Assembly (NCBI GenBank): GCA_965230515.1
Contig: OZ246007.1
Coordinates: 3,251,012 to 3,315,011, forward strand
From: Pseudomonadales bacterium
GTDB taxonomy: Bacteria > Pseudomonadota > Gammaproteobacteria > Pseudomonadales > IMCC2047
Length of the DNA: 64,000 nucleotides
Direction: 5' to 3'
Each line of letters opens with the position of its first letter. The stretch's first letter is position 1. The notes beneath the pieces were generated by a model. That model did not search any database and had not been told where the DNA came from. It worked only from the letters and a program-made list of their open reading frames with translations. Position numbers and translations under genes: made by a program. Shown here one piece after another: positions 1 to 9,124 of this stretch.

Positions 1-300
1 CCGGATTGCCAGCTATACAGAATCGATGGGATCGAACGCTTGCAAACCGAATGGTCACAAGGACTGCCGAACGATCCGGCGCAAGCCAAGCAGGTCGCGT
101 TATCGTACTTACAATCGCTGAATCCAAAGCGATATCGATCGCTCGAAAATGCGGCCAAAGGTTTGCTCAAGGCCCTGGAGTATGGTCTGAATCGTTATCC
201 CGCTATGGTTTTTGACAACCGTGCCGTGGTCTACGGCGTTCGGGATGTGGAACAGGCCAGTGGTTATTATCGGCAATGGCGTTCTAAGGTAAATGACTGA
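1..300 (+). CDS. ICE protein, PFL_4709-like, C-terminal part (5' end outside the window)
   Basis: Frame 1 is open from base 1 (PDCQLYRIDGIERLQTEWSQ...). The C-terminus ...YPAMVFDNRAVVYGVRDVEQA... recalls the small ICE protein that precedes the TraU-like gene. The stop overlaps the next ATG by 1 nt. Confidence 0.5.
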   Translation, partial: PDCQLYRIDGIERLQTEWSQGLPNDPAQAKQVALSYLQSLNPKRYRSLENAAKGLLKALEYGLNRYPAMVFDNRAVVYGVRDVEQASGYYRQWRSKVND

Positions 301-1322
301 TGCGCCAAAGCCCCAAACACCTGTTGCTCAGCTTGATGCTGCTGGTTCCGTTATCCGGTTATAGCGGGTCGATCACCACACCGCAGATTGTGATTCAAAC
401 CAGCACGGCAGCACTGAGTTGCATGCGCTGGATGCCGGTGGGTATCTGCTTTTGGCTGAAATGCTCCTTATCTGGCTGTCGCATCCGAACTTCAATTAAG
501 GTGGGACATTACCAACCGGATGCGGTGGTGAGCAGCTACAACGAACTCGGTGGCAACCCCTGGATTGAAATTCGATCGACGCTGGGTTTAGCGCAAAAAA
601 CAGCCGCCAATGGGCTACTTGGCCGTTTACTATCGGTACCTGTAGACAGTGCCGGCAATCGAACGGAAGGCGGGCGGGGCAACAAGGACCACCGTAATCT
701 GATCTTTCGGGAAACGGATGTGATCGGCCATCCGGTCAGTTCCTTGTCGCGCATTGTTGCCAGTACCGGTTATCTTTGCCGTTCACAAACCCGATCCTTC
801 TATCCCTACTTTTTATCCGGTCTGGATGCGCTCTCCTGGCGGATGGAAATCCCTGAAATGTTTTATCCCGCGAGCCTGATACCGGGATTACGGGAGATCG
901 GCACCTGGCCTCTACAGACCTGGGGTGGTGTCTACCCGCGTACCGGCTGGACCACCCAGGCCGAAGAACCCAAAGCCGCAGCCATTAATGCGCAAAGGGC
1001 AGGGGATATCGTCACCCGCACCGGCCAACCCCATATCTACGTGCCCATCACTGGTGGATCCAGTTCCCGGCAAAGAGTCTGGCCACCGGGCCCGCTCGTT
1101 GAAGATAACCGGCGTACCGGCTATTGGCAGATGCTATTACCCAAAGCCCAGAACAGCTGCGCTGTGTTTGGCACCAACGATCTGGCCAGTTTGCGCGGCT
1201 GGGGCGGTGGGCGTGTGGACGGTGGTGGTGATTATGTTTGGAACCTATGGCGTCCCTACCGTTGTTGCCGGGATCGCGGCATCTTTCTGTTTGACATCAA
1301 TTGGATCAATTACCCGCCATGA
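300..1322 (+). CDS. ICE protein, TraU-like (PFL_4710 family)
   Basis: 340 aa with a signal peptide, then the Cys-rich motif CMRWMPVGICFWLKCSLSGC typical of TraU-like ICE proteins. Tightly coupled to both neighbours. Confidence 0.7.
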   Translation: MRQSPKHLLLSLMLLVPLSGYSGSITTPQIVIQTSTAALSCMRWMPVGICFWLKCSLSGCRIRTSIKVGHYQPDAVVSSYNELGGNPWIEIRSTLGLAQKTAANGLLGRLLSVPVDSAGNRTEGGRGNKDHRNLIFRETDVIGHPVSSLSRIVASTGYLCRSQTRSFYPYFLSGLDALSWRMEIPEMFYPASLIPGLREIGTWPLQTWGGVYPRTGWTTQAEEPKAAAINAQRAGDIVTRTGQPHIYVPITGGSSSRQRVWPPGPLVEDNRRTGYWQMLLPKAQNSCAVFGTNDLASLRGWGGGRVDGGGDYVWNLWRPYRCCRDRGIFLFDINWINYPP

Positions 1323-2659
1323 TCAAACGATACGTTGTCTATATGCTGCTCATCGCCTCAGTCTTATCCGTCAGTGAAAAGATCAATGCGGCCAAAGCAC
1401 CTACCGAAGATGGGTTGTGGTATTACGAAATTGGCGGTGCTGAACCGGTTTCAGTGCCTGCCAACCCGTCGGTGGTTTCTGTCACCTTGGGTGGATCCGC
1501 CCAATTGGGGTTGGGATACAGCTGTGGCAAGTTTGATCCGGTGGCCGCAGTTACCCATACCCTGAACGATATCGGTTCGGGGTTAGACAATATGGTCAAT
1601 GCCATGACCGCGGCGGCTACTAGCGCTATTGCGTCATTGCCAGCACTCATTCTGCAACGCGCCAATCCCGGCCTGTACGATCTGTTTCAAAACGCACTGC
1701 TGAAAGCTGAAGAAACCATGCAACTGGCGACCAAGTCCTGCGAGCAGATGGAGGCGGAGATTGCCCAGGGCAAGAATCCCTACGCCGATCTGATCACCTT
1801 GTCCAAGGGTAACGACTGGAAGGTGCAAATGGGTATTGGTGGAAACGATGCGGTGACCGCCAAAGACACGGTGGAATCTTCCAACGGCGATAACGGTGTG
1901 CCCTGGATCGGCGGGCAGGCCGGGGGAACCGGGCAGCCGGTGCTGGAATTTACCGGCGACATCGTCGAGGCCGGTTACAACATCAATATGAATCGACCTG
2001 TTACGGATACCAGTCCGGTACCGGCGGCGGCATCGACACGCTTGTCAGAAATCTGGACTTCACCCTTGGAGGCCAGAGATTGGACCGTGGATGTGGTGGG
2101 CGAGAACATTGTCACCACCTGCGATACCTGCCGCAAGGATAGCATTCCCGGCACGGGATTGTTACCCAAGCTCTACCAGGAGTCCGCCACCGTCACTACC
2201 GAGATCCAGAACCTGGTCAGTGGCGCCACATCGCCCACGTTGGCCAATCTCGATCAGATCACCGCCCCCGGCGTGGCCATCACCCGGCAGGTGATTGAAG
2301 CCATCCGCGAGATGCCGGTTTCGGAGCAGAGCCTGATTATGGGGCGCCTGGTATCCGAGATCAGCACCGCGCGCACTGTTGAAAAGGCACTGTACGCCCG
2401 ACGTCTGCTGCTATCAGGGCGACAGGTGCCCGAAGTCTATGCCACCGAAGTGGCCCGCGAACACGCGGACAATTCCATCGCCGAGCTTGATAAAGAGATC
2501 GAAAACCTGCTGTTTGAAACCCGGGTACGCAAGGAGGTAGTCTCTGATACCGTTGCCACTTTACTCGAACGAGCAGCAGCTCGGCGACAGAGTTCTTTGA
2601 CGGTACCAGAAGTACCGACCCTCGATCCCAATCCGTTACGAGGCGGGCGTGTTCAATAA
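1319..2659 (+). CDS. ICE secreted protein (PFL_4711-like family)
   Basis: The ATG at 1319 overlaps the previous stop (ATGA) and gives a clean signal peptide MIKRYVVYMLLIASVLSVSEKINA. The position after the TraU-like gene fits this family (from memory). The ORF track's TTG start at 1301 is less likely. Confidence 0.6.
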   Translation: MIKRYVVYMLLIASVLSVSEKINAAKAPTEDGLWYYEIGGAEPVSVPANPSVVSVTLGGSAQLGLGYSCGKFDPVAAVTHTLNDIGSGLDNMVNAMTAAATSAIASLPALILQRANPGLYDLFQNALLKAEETMQLATKSCEQMEAEIAQGKNPYADLITLSKGNDWKVQMGIGGNDAVTAKDTVESSNGDNGVPWIGGQAGGTGQPVLEFTGDIVEAGYNINMNRPVTDTSPVPAAASTRLSEIWTSPLEARDWTVDVVGENIVTTCDTCRKDSIPGTGLLPKLYQESATVTTEIQNLVSGATSPTLANLDQITAPGVAITRQVIEAIREMPVSEQSLIMGRLVSEISTARTVEKALYARRLLLSGRQVPEVYATEVAREHADNSIAELDKEIENLLFETRVRKEVVSDTVATLLERAAARRQSSLTVPEVPTLDPNPLRGGRVQ

Positions 2660-3017
2660 CATCCGATCAAGGCGAAAAAACTTTCTGCTATTAACCACCA
2701 TGGCCGTGTTGCTGACAGCACTGGTGGGGTATCTCCTGATGCATCGATTACAAACGGATTCCGTGCAATCCGTCCAACAAAGTATCGATACCTGGCGGAC
2801 GGCGCTAACAGCCATGCGCTGGATAGTGATCGCGGTCGTTGCCCTTGGCTGGAATCATCTGGTTGGGTGGCTGGCTGATGCAAAAATCCTGAGCCGGGCC
2901 AAAGCAAACCGACTAACAGGCTTACGCTTGCGCGTCGTCACTTGGCTGGTTTTGCTTGAATGGGTGCTAGGGCAGGGTGTGTGGGTCAATGTCATTGGCT
3001 TGATGGTTAGAGCTTGA
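2649..3017 (+). CDS. small integral membrane protein of the ICE transfer region
   Basis: 122 aa with hydrophobic helices (LLLTTMAVLLTALVGYLL; WIVIAVVALGW; VVTWLVLLEWVLG). Overlaps the end of the upstream gene. Alternative start at ATG 2700. Confidence 0.4.
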   Translation: MFNNIRSRRKNFLLLTTMAVLLTALVGYLLMHRLQTDSVQSVQQSIDTWRTALTAMRWIVIAVVALGWNHLVGWLADAKILSRAKANRLTGLRLRVVTWLVLLEWVLGQGVWVNVIGLMVRA

Positions 3018-3033
3018 TCATTGGAGCAAGGCA

Positions 3034-4599
3034 ATGAGTGTCGATAGCTATCTGGAGCTCTTTACTTCCCTTTTTGGATGGACCTTCTACGGCATTCTGT
3101 GGGATGTGCTGGTCAGTACCGGCATCGTCTATCTCCCGTTTCTGGGGATCCTGATCGACAACTGGCGCGAACCCGCGCAGGGTGGTGAAGTGGGCCATGC
3201 CAGCGGTCTTTCACTGCGGCGCATGGAGATCGAGCTGTTCATTGCACTACTGGTAGTGGTGCTGGCCGGGCAACCCGCTGTCCTCACGCCCCTCAATGCA
3301 GGGACCTTGGCCTATTCGCCACCGCCGACCTTGCTGGATCCAATACCCGCCACCGCGACAGTCGCAGCTCCCCAGAGCACCTATGGCACGACCGGGTTCA
3401 CGGGTTCTGCTGCAACCGTCAATGTGCCGGTGTGGTGGTACGGTGTCATCGCACTCAGTTCTGGCCTGAATCACGCCATTGTCGCAGGCCTGCCAACGGT
3501 GGCGGATATGCGCACGTTTGAGCAGCAAGCACGCCTGGCCACCATTGCCGATCCGCGCCTGCGGCAGGAAGTGAGTGATTTCTTCAGCCAGTGTTACATT
3601 CCGGCGCGTTCCAAATACCAGGCAGAGCGACCAAACACCGCGGCCATCAATGGCATTCTCACCACCTACGGTACTGATGACCCCGATTGGATGGGCTCTC
3701 ACGTCTATCGTGATATAGCGGGCTATTACGATACGCTACGCCCAGCCAACCAAATCAGTGGCTGGGCTTACAACGCGGCCAGGGATACGGAATACGATTC
3801 GACTACTCCGCCAGCCTGGGGTAAACCTTACTGCAAACAGTGGTGGGAGGATGGGGCCATCGGCTTACGTGAAAAGCTGATCAATGAGGCGGATGCCACC
3901 TCGGCCGGCTTCTCCGGACTGGTGGTCGCCATCGCGCCGGTACTTGCCAGCGAACAGCAAAATGATGCGGTCGCCAAAACCGTTCTCACCAATGCACCAC
4001 CCTCGTGGTCGAGCAATGAATTGATCGCCAATAATGCATCCGGCTCGGGTTTATTCAATACCGCAGGAAATATTATCAAAGGCGGTCTAGCGACCGGTGG
4101 CGTGGTCACTGCATCGGCTCTGTTCTCCGTGACCATGACCGCCGTGCTTCAATCGCTGCCCATGGTGCAGGGCATTATGCTTTTGGGTATCTACGCGCTG
4201 CTGCCGCTGGTGGTGATACTGTCCCGGTATTCCATCACTATGATGGTGGTGGGAGGCATGGCCATCTTCACCATCAAGTTCTGGACAGTGCTCTGGTACC
4301 TGGCCATGTGGGTGGATCAGAACCTGATTTTATCCATGTACCCGGATGTGAATGTGTTCCTGCAGATCTTTGCTAACCCTGGCGAACACGATGCCAAACG
4401 CATGCTGCTGAATATGATCACCACCAGCCTTTATCTGGGGCTGCCGCTGCTGTGGAGTGGAATGATGGCGTGGGCGGGGGTAAAAGTAGGGCGATCGCTT
4501 GATCATTCTACTAATCCATTGATTAGGCCAGCAAACGACGCAGGTCAGAAAGGTGGGACATTAGGAAAGGCTGCGATAGGTAAGGGGGTCAAGAAATAG
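3034..4599 (+). CDS. conjugal transfer protein with TraG N-terminal domain (TraG_N-like)
   Basis: 521-aa polytopic membrane protein with an N-terminal TM pair, a large soluble middle and a C-terminal TM bundle. It sits in the position that TraG_N proteins occupy in this ICE family. Confidence 0.65.
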   Translation: MSVDSYLELFTSLFGWTFYGILWDVLVSTGIVYLPFLGILIDNWREPAQGGEVGHASGLSLRRMEIELFIALLVVVLAGQPAVLTPLNAGTLAYSPPPTLLDPIPATATVAAPQSTYGTTGFTGSAATVNVPVWWYGVIALSSGLNHAIVAGLPTVADMRTFEQQARLATIADPRLRQEVSDFFSQCYIPARSKYQAERPNTAAINGILTTYGTDDPDWMGSHVYRDIAGYYDTLRPANQISGWAYNAARDTEYDSTTPPAWGKPYCKQWWEDGAIGLREKLINEADATSAGFSGLVVAIAPVLASEQQNDAVAKTVLTNAPPSWSSNELIANNASGSGLFNTAGNIIKGGLATGGVVTASALFSVTMTAVLQSLPMVQGIMLLGIYALLPLVVILSRYSITMMVVGGMAIFTIKFWTVLWYLAMWVDQNLILSMYPDVNVFLQIFANPGEHDAKRMLLNMITTSLYLGLPLLWSGMMAWAGVKVGRSLDHSTNPLIRPANDAGQKGGTLGKAAIGKGVKK

Positions 4600-4610
4600 G
4601 GCCTTAGACC

Positions 4611-4835
4611 TCACTCGTGGTCGTACCAGCCATATGGGTCTGTGCTGTCGTCGAGCTCGCCTGTTCTGTAATTCAAAGCTCCCGTCCGATCAGAATTGCT
4701 CAAGGCTTTGTCAGAATTGGGAGTTTCAGCGCTGATGGCAAGCAACGAGATCATTTTTACAGAAATTACCCACAACGACATGGCCGTAACCACGAGGCAT
4801 TTCCAGGCTCTTTTGATAAGGTTTTTGTTATCCAT
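4611..4835 (-). CDS. hypothetical small membrane-anchored protein
   Basis: 74-aa ORF with one hydrophobic helix (LVVTAMSLWVISVKMISLLAISA). The ribosome-binding site is weak and no family was recognised. Confidence 0.25.
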   Translation of the reverse strand: MDNKNLIKRAWKCLVVTAMSLWVISVKMISLLAISAETPNSDKALSNSDRTGALNYRTGELDDSTDPYGWYDHE

Positions 4836-4989
4836 AACTCAATGACTCTATCGCATTTTGTAACAGTAGCCAATATTAAATTGTCGTGGCAAGTGAATGT
4901 TGTTTCAAGGGGTGGTAATTGGTTTGTAGGCTGGGCCTGGCTGAGCAAGAAATATCTATACCCATTGTATGGTTATTTACGGGCGGGAG

Positions 4990-5126
4990 TTATGAGTATT
5001 GGCAATAGCGGGCGCGTTGTAATCGAGATGGAGCCTGAACTGAAAAAGCAGCTCCACGCGGTTTTACGGTTAGAAGCCCAGCCTATACGAGCAGAAGAAT
5101 CATTGCTTTTATCGTTTGTATGTTGA
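4990..5126 (+). pseudogene. possible remnant of a ribbon-helix-helix (ParG/Arc-like) gene
   Basis: 45 codons. MSIGNSGRVVIEMEPELKKQLHAVLRLE looks like an RHH beta-strand plus helix 1. The rest does not continue the fold pattern. Confidence 0.2.
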
Positions 5127-5404
5127 TGCATGAATGGCTGATCCTACAAAATTTCCAGGAGTAATGAAAAATTCTAAGTGATTAGGTATATATTTGTGTG
5201 AGTTGGATATAATCACAGATTCTTTTTTTGATGTTTTCTAAGCAACAAGTTAGCTGTTTCTCAGCTTCTTCTTTGGTAGTGAGCGGACCTATATTTTCTC
5301 CCTCTCTCACTAAAAAATACCATTGGCCATTTGCGCAACTAATCCGGTGTGTTCTGAAATAAAACTGCTCTTAGGTATCGCCTTCTTGTCGCATTATTAG
5401 GATC

Positions 5405-5452
5405 CTCAAAAATAGCACACCTAAAAATAGCTGTTTGTATCTTAGGTGTGCT
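5405..5452 (-). terminator. rho-independent terminator of the minus-strand czc operon
   Basis: Perfect 11-bp inverted repeat AGCACACCTAA (5414-5424) / TTAGGTGTGCT (5442-5452) with a 17-nt loop. On the minus strand it is followed by ATTTTTGAGG, 27 nt after the PII-like stop. Confidence 0.6.
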
Positions 5453-5478
5453 GTTATGCCGAAAGATAAACTGAGAGC

Positions 5479-5799
5479 TTAACTGCCAGCGCCTCCAATC
5501 GGTAACGCTTGCTCTACGGGGCTGACATAAACCCAGCCTGAGATGTTCGGCCCAATTCGTCCTGCTTTGCGAATAATGCCGGTGACCTCATCAACTTGCG
5601 AATCTTCGCAGACCAATGATATTCGAACCTCTGATATAACGACGCCGGCATCAGTAGAATAATCCTGTTCAGACTCGTTTAGAGGTTTTAAGGTGCCTTT
5701 TACATCAAGCAAAGTAATATTTTTATAACCGGCGTCACGCAATGCTTCGATGACAGTGGCGGAACGGACATGGTGTATAAACGCTTTAATTTGTTTCAT
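5479..5799 (-). CDS. PII (GlnB)-like small protein associated with the HME-RND pump
   Basis: 106 aa. The N-terminus MKQIKAFIHHVRSATVIEALRDAGYKNITLLDVKG aligns by eye with GlnB (MKKIEAIIKPFKLDDVREAL..G..GMTVTEVKG). Last gene after czcA. Confidence 0.8.
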   Translation of the reverse strand: MKQIKAFIHHVRSATVIEALRDAGYKNITLLDVKGTLKPLNESEQDYSTDAGVVISEVRISLVCEDSQVDEVTGIIRKAGRIGPNISGWVYVSPVEQALPIGGAGS

Positions 5800-5890
5800 G
5801 ATCTTACTCCAAGACTTGAGTCTTTATTTGTGTCTGAAAAGTTGGTTTGGCTGCATAAGGGAGGCCCCTCTGCAGCCAATGCATCAACCA

Positions 5891-8800
5891 TTAAGAAGCC
5901 GCAATATCCTCGTTATTTCCAACAAGGTTTTTTTGTTTGCGATAAGCCATGCGGTATAAGCCTGGTAGTACCAACAGCGTTAATAGTGTGGAGGATATAA
6001 TTCCCCCTATCACCACTGTCGCTAGTGGGCGCTGAACTTCTGCGCCGGTGCTGGTGTTAAGTGCCATCGGCAGAAAACCCAGTGCGGCAACCAGAGCGAC
6101 CATCAGTATTGGCCTTAACCGCAGCATCGCACCCTGTCGAATAGAGGTATCGATATCATCGCCTTGATTCAATCTATCTCTAAACGCGGAAACCATCATG
6201 ACGCCCGTCAGCACTGAGACTCCGCACAGTGTAATAAAACCAACGCCTGCGGTGATGGAGAGTGGGATATCTCGTAGCCATAGTGCGATAACGCCGCCGG
6301 TTAATGCCAAGGGCACGCCACTAAAAACCAGCGCCGCATCCTTGGCCGAACCAAAGGTCATCATCAGCAGGGCGAAAATCATGACTAATGTGATAGGTAC
6401 TAACAGGCTTAAACGCTCAGAAGCCGATTGCAACTGTTCAAATGTGCCGCCGAAATCCAGCCAATACCCTGGAGGTAAGGCAACCTGCTGCTCAATCTGT
6501 GTTTGCACATCGGCCACAAAGCTACCCAAATCACGCCCTCGTACATTGGCGCTCACCACCAGTCGACGCTTGCCATTTTCTCGGGAAATCTGATTCGGTC
6601 CTGGTGCAAGAGTGAGTGTTGCCACTTCACTGAGGGGGACGTAACCACCTTGCGGTAATGGAACTGGTAAGCGCTCAAGTGCACGCAAATCATTGCGGAT
6701 TTCCTCTGCCACTCTGACCACAATGGTGAAACGTCGATCTCCTTCAAATATCAGGCCTGCTTCCTCGCCGCCTGTTGCCGCCGCAATAATATCTTGCACA
6801 TCAGCGACATTGAGACCATAGCGATATAAAGCAGGGCGATTGGCTTCGATTGACAGGATGGGCAATCCGGAAACCTGCTCTACTTTAACGCCTTCCGCAC
6901 CTTCAATACCATTGAGAACGGCGGCAATCTCTGTGCCGGATTTCAGTAACTGATCGAGATCATCTCCATAAACTTTAACGCCCAGATCCGATCTAACACC
7001 GGAGATAAGTTCATTAAAACGAAGCTGGATCGGTTGGCTAATTTCGAAGGCATTACCAGGGATCAGTGCCAGTTTTTCCTGAATATCTTCCAGTAATTGC
7101 GCTTTGGATTTATCAGGGTTCGGCCAGTCTTTGTGGTCTTTTAACATTACATAACCGTCAGAGATATTGGGCCCCATGGGGTCACTGGCCACCTCTGCGG
7201 TGCCCACTCGCGAAAAGTAGGTTTTCACTTCGGGAATTTCCAGTACCGCACGTTCCAATTGAAACTGCATATCTAGCGATTGTGTAAGGCTGGTGCCGGG
7301 AATACGCAAAGCCTGAATGGCAATATCTCCCTCGTCCAGGTTTGGAATAAATTCAGCTCCCATTCTTGTAGCAAGTCCGCCAATGGCTATCACAAACAGC
7401 ACAGCCCCTGCGAGTACAGCTAGGCGAAACTTAAGTGCCCAGGCCAAGATGGGGGTGTACGCACGTTTTGATTGGCGAACAATAAGGTTGTCTTTTTCCT
7501 TAATATGACCGCTCAGTAAAAGTGCCACGGCTGCGGGAACAAAGGTGAGTGACAACACCAGTGCCGATAAAAGTGCCATAATCACCGCCATGGCCATAGG
7601 GGTAAACATTTTCCCCTCTACCCCGGTGAGCGCCAGGATGGGTATGTTAACTAGAATTACCACCAGAACACTGATTAAACTGGGGGTGAAGACCTCACGC
7701 GTTGCGGCGAACACCGTTTGAAAACGTTCGTCCAACTTCAGCGTTCGACCGAGTTGGTGCTGTCGGCCAGCCAATCTGAGAATACAGTTTTCCACAATGA
7801 TCACTGCGCCATCGACAATAAGACCAAAATCCAGTGCCCCCAAACTCATTAAGTTGGCACTGACCTTGGTTTGAACCATGCCTGTCATGAGCATCAGCAT
7901 GGATAGCGGAATAACCATCGCGGTAAGCAAGGCGGCCCGCACATTGCCAAGCATCACCAACAAAACGACGACCACTAATACCGCACCTTCAAGTAGGTTC
8001 TTCTGCACGGTAGCAATGGTCTTATCAACCAGTATGGTTCGGTCATACACTGGCTCGGCGATAACACCTTCCGGTAGTGTTTTGTTAATCTCAACCAGCT
8101 TGGCGGAAACAGCCTCTGAAACGCTGCGGCTATTGCCGCCCAGCAGCATGACGGCTGTGCCGAGGACAGTCTCTTCACCATCAAGGGTCGCAGCGCCAGT
8201 TCGAAGCTGTTTGCCAAAACTAACCTTAGCTACATCGGCTACAGTTATCGGAATACCGTCTTTATGGGCGACTATGACCCGTTGGATTGCAGCGATATCT
8301 GCCACTTGTCCCGGCGCACGGATCAGGTATTGCTCGCCGTTTTTCTCGATATAGCCAGCGCCGACATTGGCATTATTTTTTTCTACAGCGTCGACAATGT
8401 CATCAAAGGTCAGCTCAACTGCCAACAGTTGAGCGGGGTCAGGGGTGATATGAAATTCTTTTTCAAAGCCGCCGATGGTATTAATCTCGGTTACCCCTGG
8501 CACTAATCGTAGTTGAGGACGGATCACCCAGTCTTGCAGTGTACGCAATGCCGTGGCGTCGTATTTTTCACCATTGGCTTGTCGGGCATCGTCGTCTGCA
8601 TGTACCGCGTAGTGAAAAATCTCTCCGAGACCGGTTGCAACAGGCCCCATCACGGGCTCAATGCCTGATGGCATGTCACTTTTAGCCTGCTGCAGCCTTT
8701 CATTAATTAGGTTTCGTGCAAAGTAGATGTCCGTTCCCTTTTTAAATATGACCGTTACTTGTGAGAGTGCGTATCGTGATAGAGAGCGGGTACTTTCGAC

Positions 8801-9034
8801 GTAGGGCAAACCTGTGATCGCAAGCTCGACCAAGTAGGTGATACGTTGCTCCACTTCCAGCGGCGAATAGCCGGGCGCTTCAGTATTAATCTGCACCTGT
8901 ACGTTGGTGATGTCTGGAACGGCGTCGATGGGCAGTTTTTGGTAATTCCAAACACCGAGTGCGCCGACAACGAGCACAAAAAACATCACCAGCCAACGAC
9001 TGGCGATGGAAAATTGAATCAGTTTATCGATCAT
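5891..9034 (-). CDS. czcA: heavy-metal RND efflux pump, CzcA type (Co/Zn/Cd)
   Basis: 1047 aa with 12-TM RND architecture. The N-terminus MIDKLIQFSI..RWLV and FIPNLDEGDIAIQALRIPGTSLTQS are characteristic of the CzcA rather than the CusA subgroup. Confidence 0.92.
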   Translation of the reverse strand: MIDKLIQFSIASRWLVMFFVLVVGALGVWNYQKLPIDAVPDITNVQVQINTEAPGYSPLEVEQRITYLVELAITGLPYVESTRSLSRYALSQVTVIFKKGTDIYFARNLINERLQQAKSDMPSGIEPVMGPVATGLGEIFHYAVHADDDARQANGEKYDATALRTLQDWVIRPQLRLVPGVTEINTIGGFEKEFHITPDPAQLLAVELTFDDIVDAVEKNNANVGAGYIEKNGEQYLIRAPGQVADIAAIQRVIVAHKDGIPITVADVAKVSFGKQLRTGAATLDGEETVLGTAVMLLGGNSRSVSEAVSAKLVEINKTLPEGVIAEPVYDRTILVDKTIATVQKNLLEGAVLVVVVLLVMLGNVRAALLTAMVIPLSMLMLMTGMVQTKVSANLMSLGALDFGLIVDGAVIIVENCILRLAGRQHQLGRTLKLDERFQTVFAATREVFTPSLISVLVVILVNIPILALTGVEGKMFTPMAMAVIMALLSALVLSLTFVPAAVALLLSGHIKEKDNLIVRQSKRAYTPILAWALKFRLAVLAGAVLFVIAIGGLATRMGAEFIPNLDEGDIAIQALRIPGTSLTQSLDMQFQLERAVLEIPEVKTYFSRVGTAEVASDPMGPNISDGYVMLKDHKDWPNPDKSKAQLLEDIQEKLALIPGNAFEISQPIQLRFNELISGVRSDLGVKVYGDDLDQLLKSGTEIAAVLNGIEGAEGVKVEQVSGLPILSIEANRPALYRYGLNVADVQDIIAAATGGEEAGLIFEGDRRFTIVVRVAEEIRNDLRALERLPVPLPQGGYVPLSEVATLTLAPGPNQISRENGKRRLVVSANVRGRDLGSFVADVQTQIEQQVALPPGYWLDFGGTFEQLQSASERLSLLVPITLVMIFALLMMTFGSAKDAALVFSGVPLALTGGVIALWLRDIPLSITAGVGFITLCGVSVLTGVMMVSAFRDRLNQGDDIDTSIRQGAMLRLRPILMVALVAALGFLPMALNTSTGAEVQRPLATVVIGGIISSTLLTLLVLPGLYRMAYRKQKNLVGNNEDIAAS

Positions 9035-9124
9035 AGTGTGGCCCTTTTATGGTCTCGCACAACTAACTTACCTAGTGCTGATGGCAAACAATGACGCGTA
9101 TTCAACGTATTCGGGTGAATGCGG

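Larger units (their letters stand above)
1..4599 (+). mobile_element. Distal end of an ICE conjugation (MPF-G, ICEclc/PAPI-1-like T4SS) module; the element continues upstream of the window
   Basis: Five co-directional, abutting or overlapping ORFs. From memory, their products resemble the PFL_4709/4710/4711 ICE protein families followed by a TraG N-terminal-domain protein. Confidence 0.65.

Noticed and set aside
6-1377. Alternative-frame ORFs 6-215 and 925-1377 overlapping the ICE genes.
   Set aside because: They overlap better-supported frames with ICE family motifs, and their composition is Arg/Pro/Ala-rich, typical of off-frame translation.
4617-5126. 169-aa plus-strand ORF spanning the seam after traG.
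   Set aside because: It has no recognisable domain, overlaps the 74-aa minus ORF and lacks an SD. Only its last 45 codons (4990-5126) show any protein-like pattern, and these are reported separately at low confidence.
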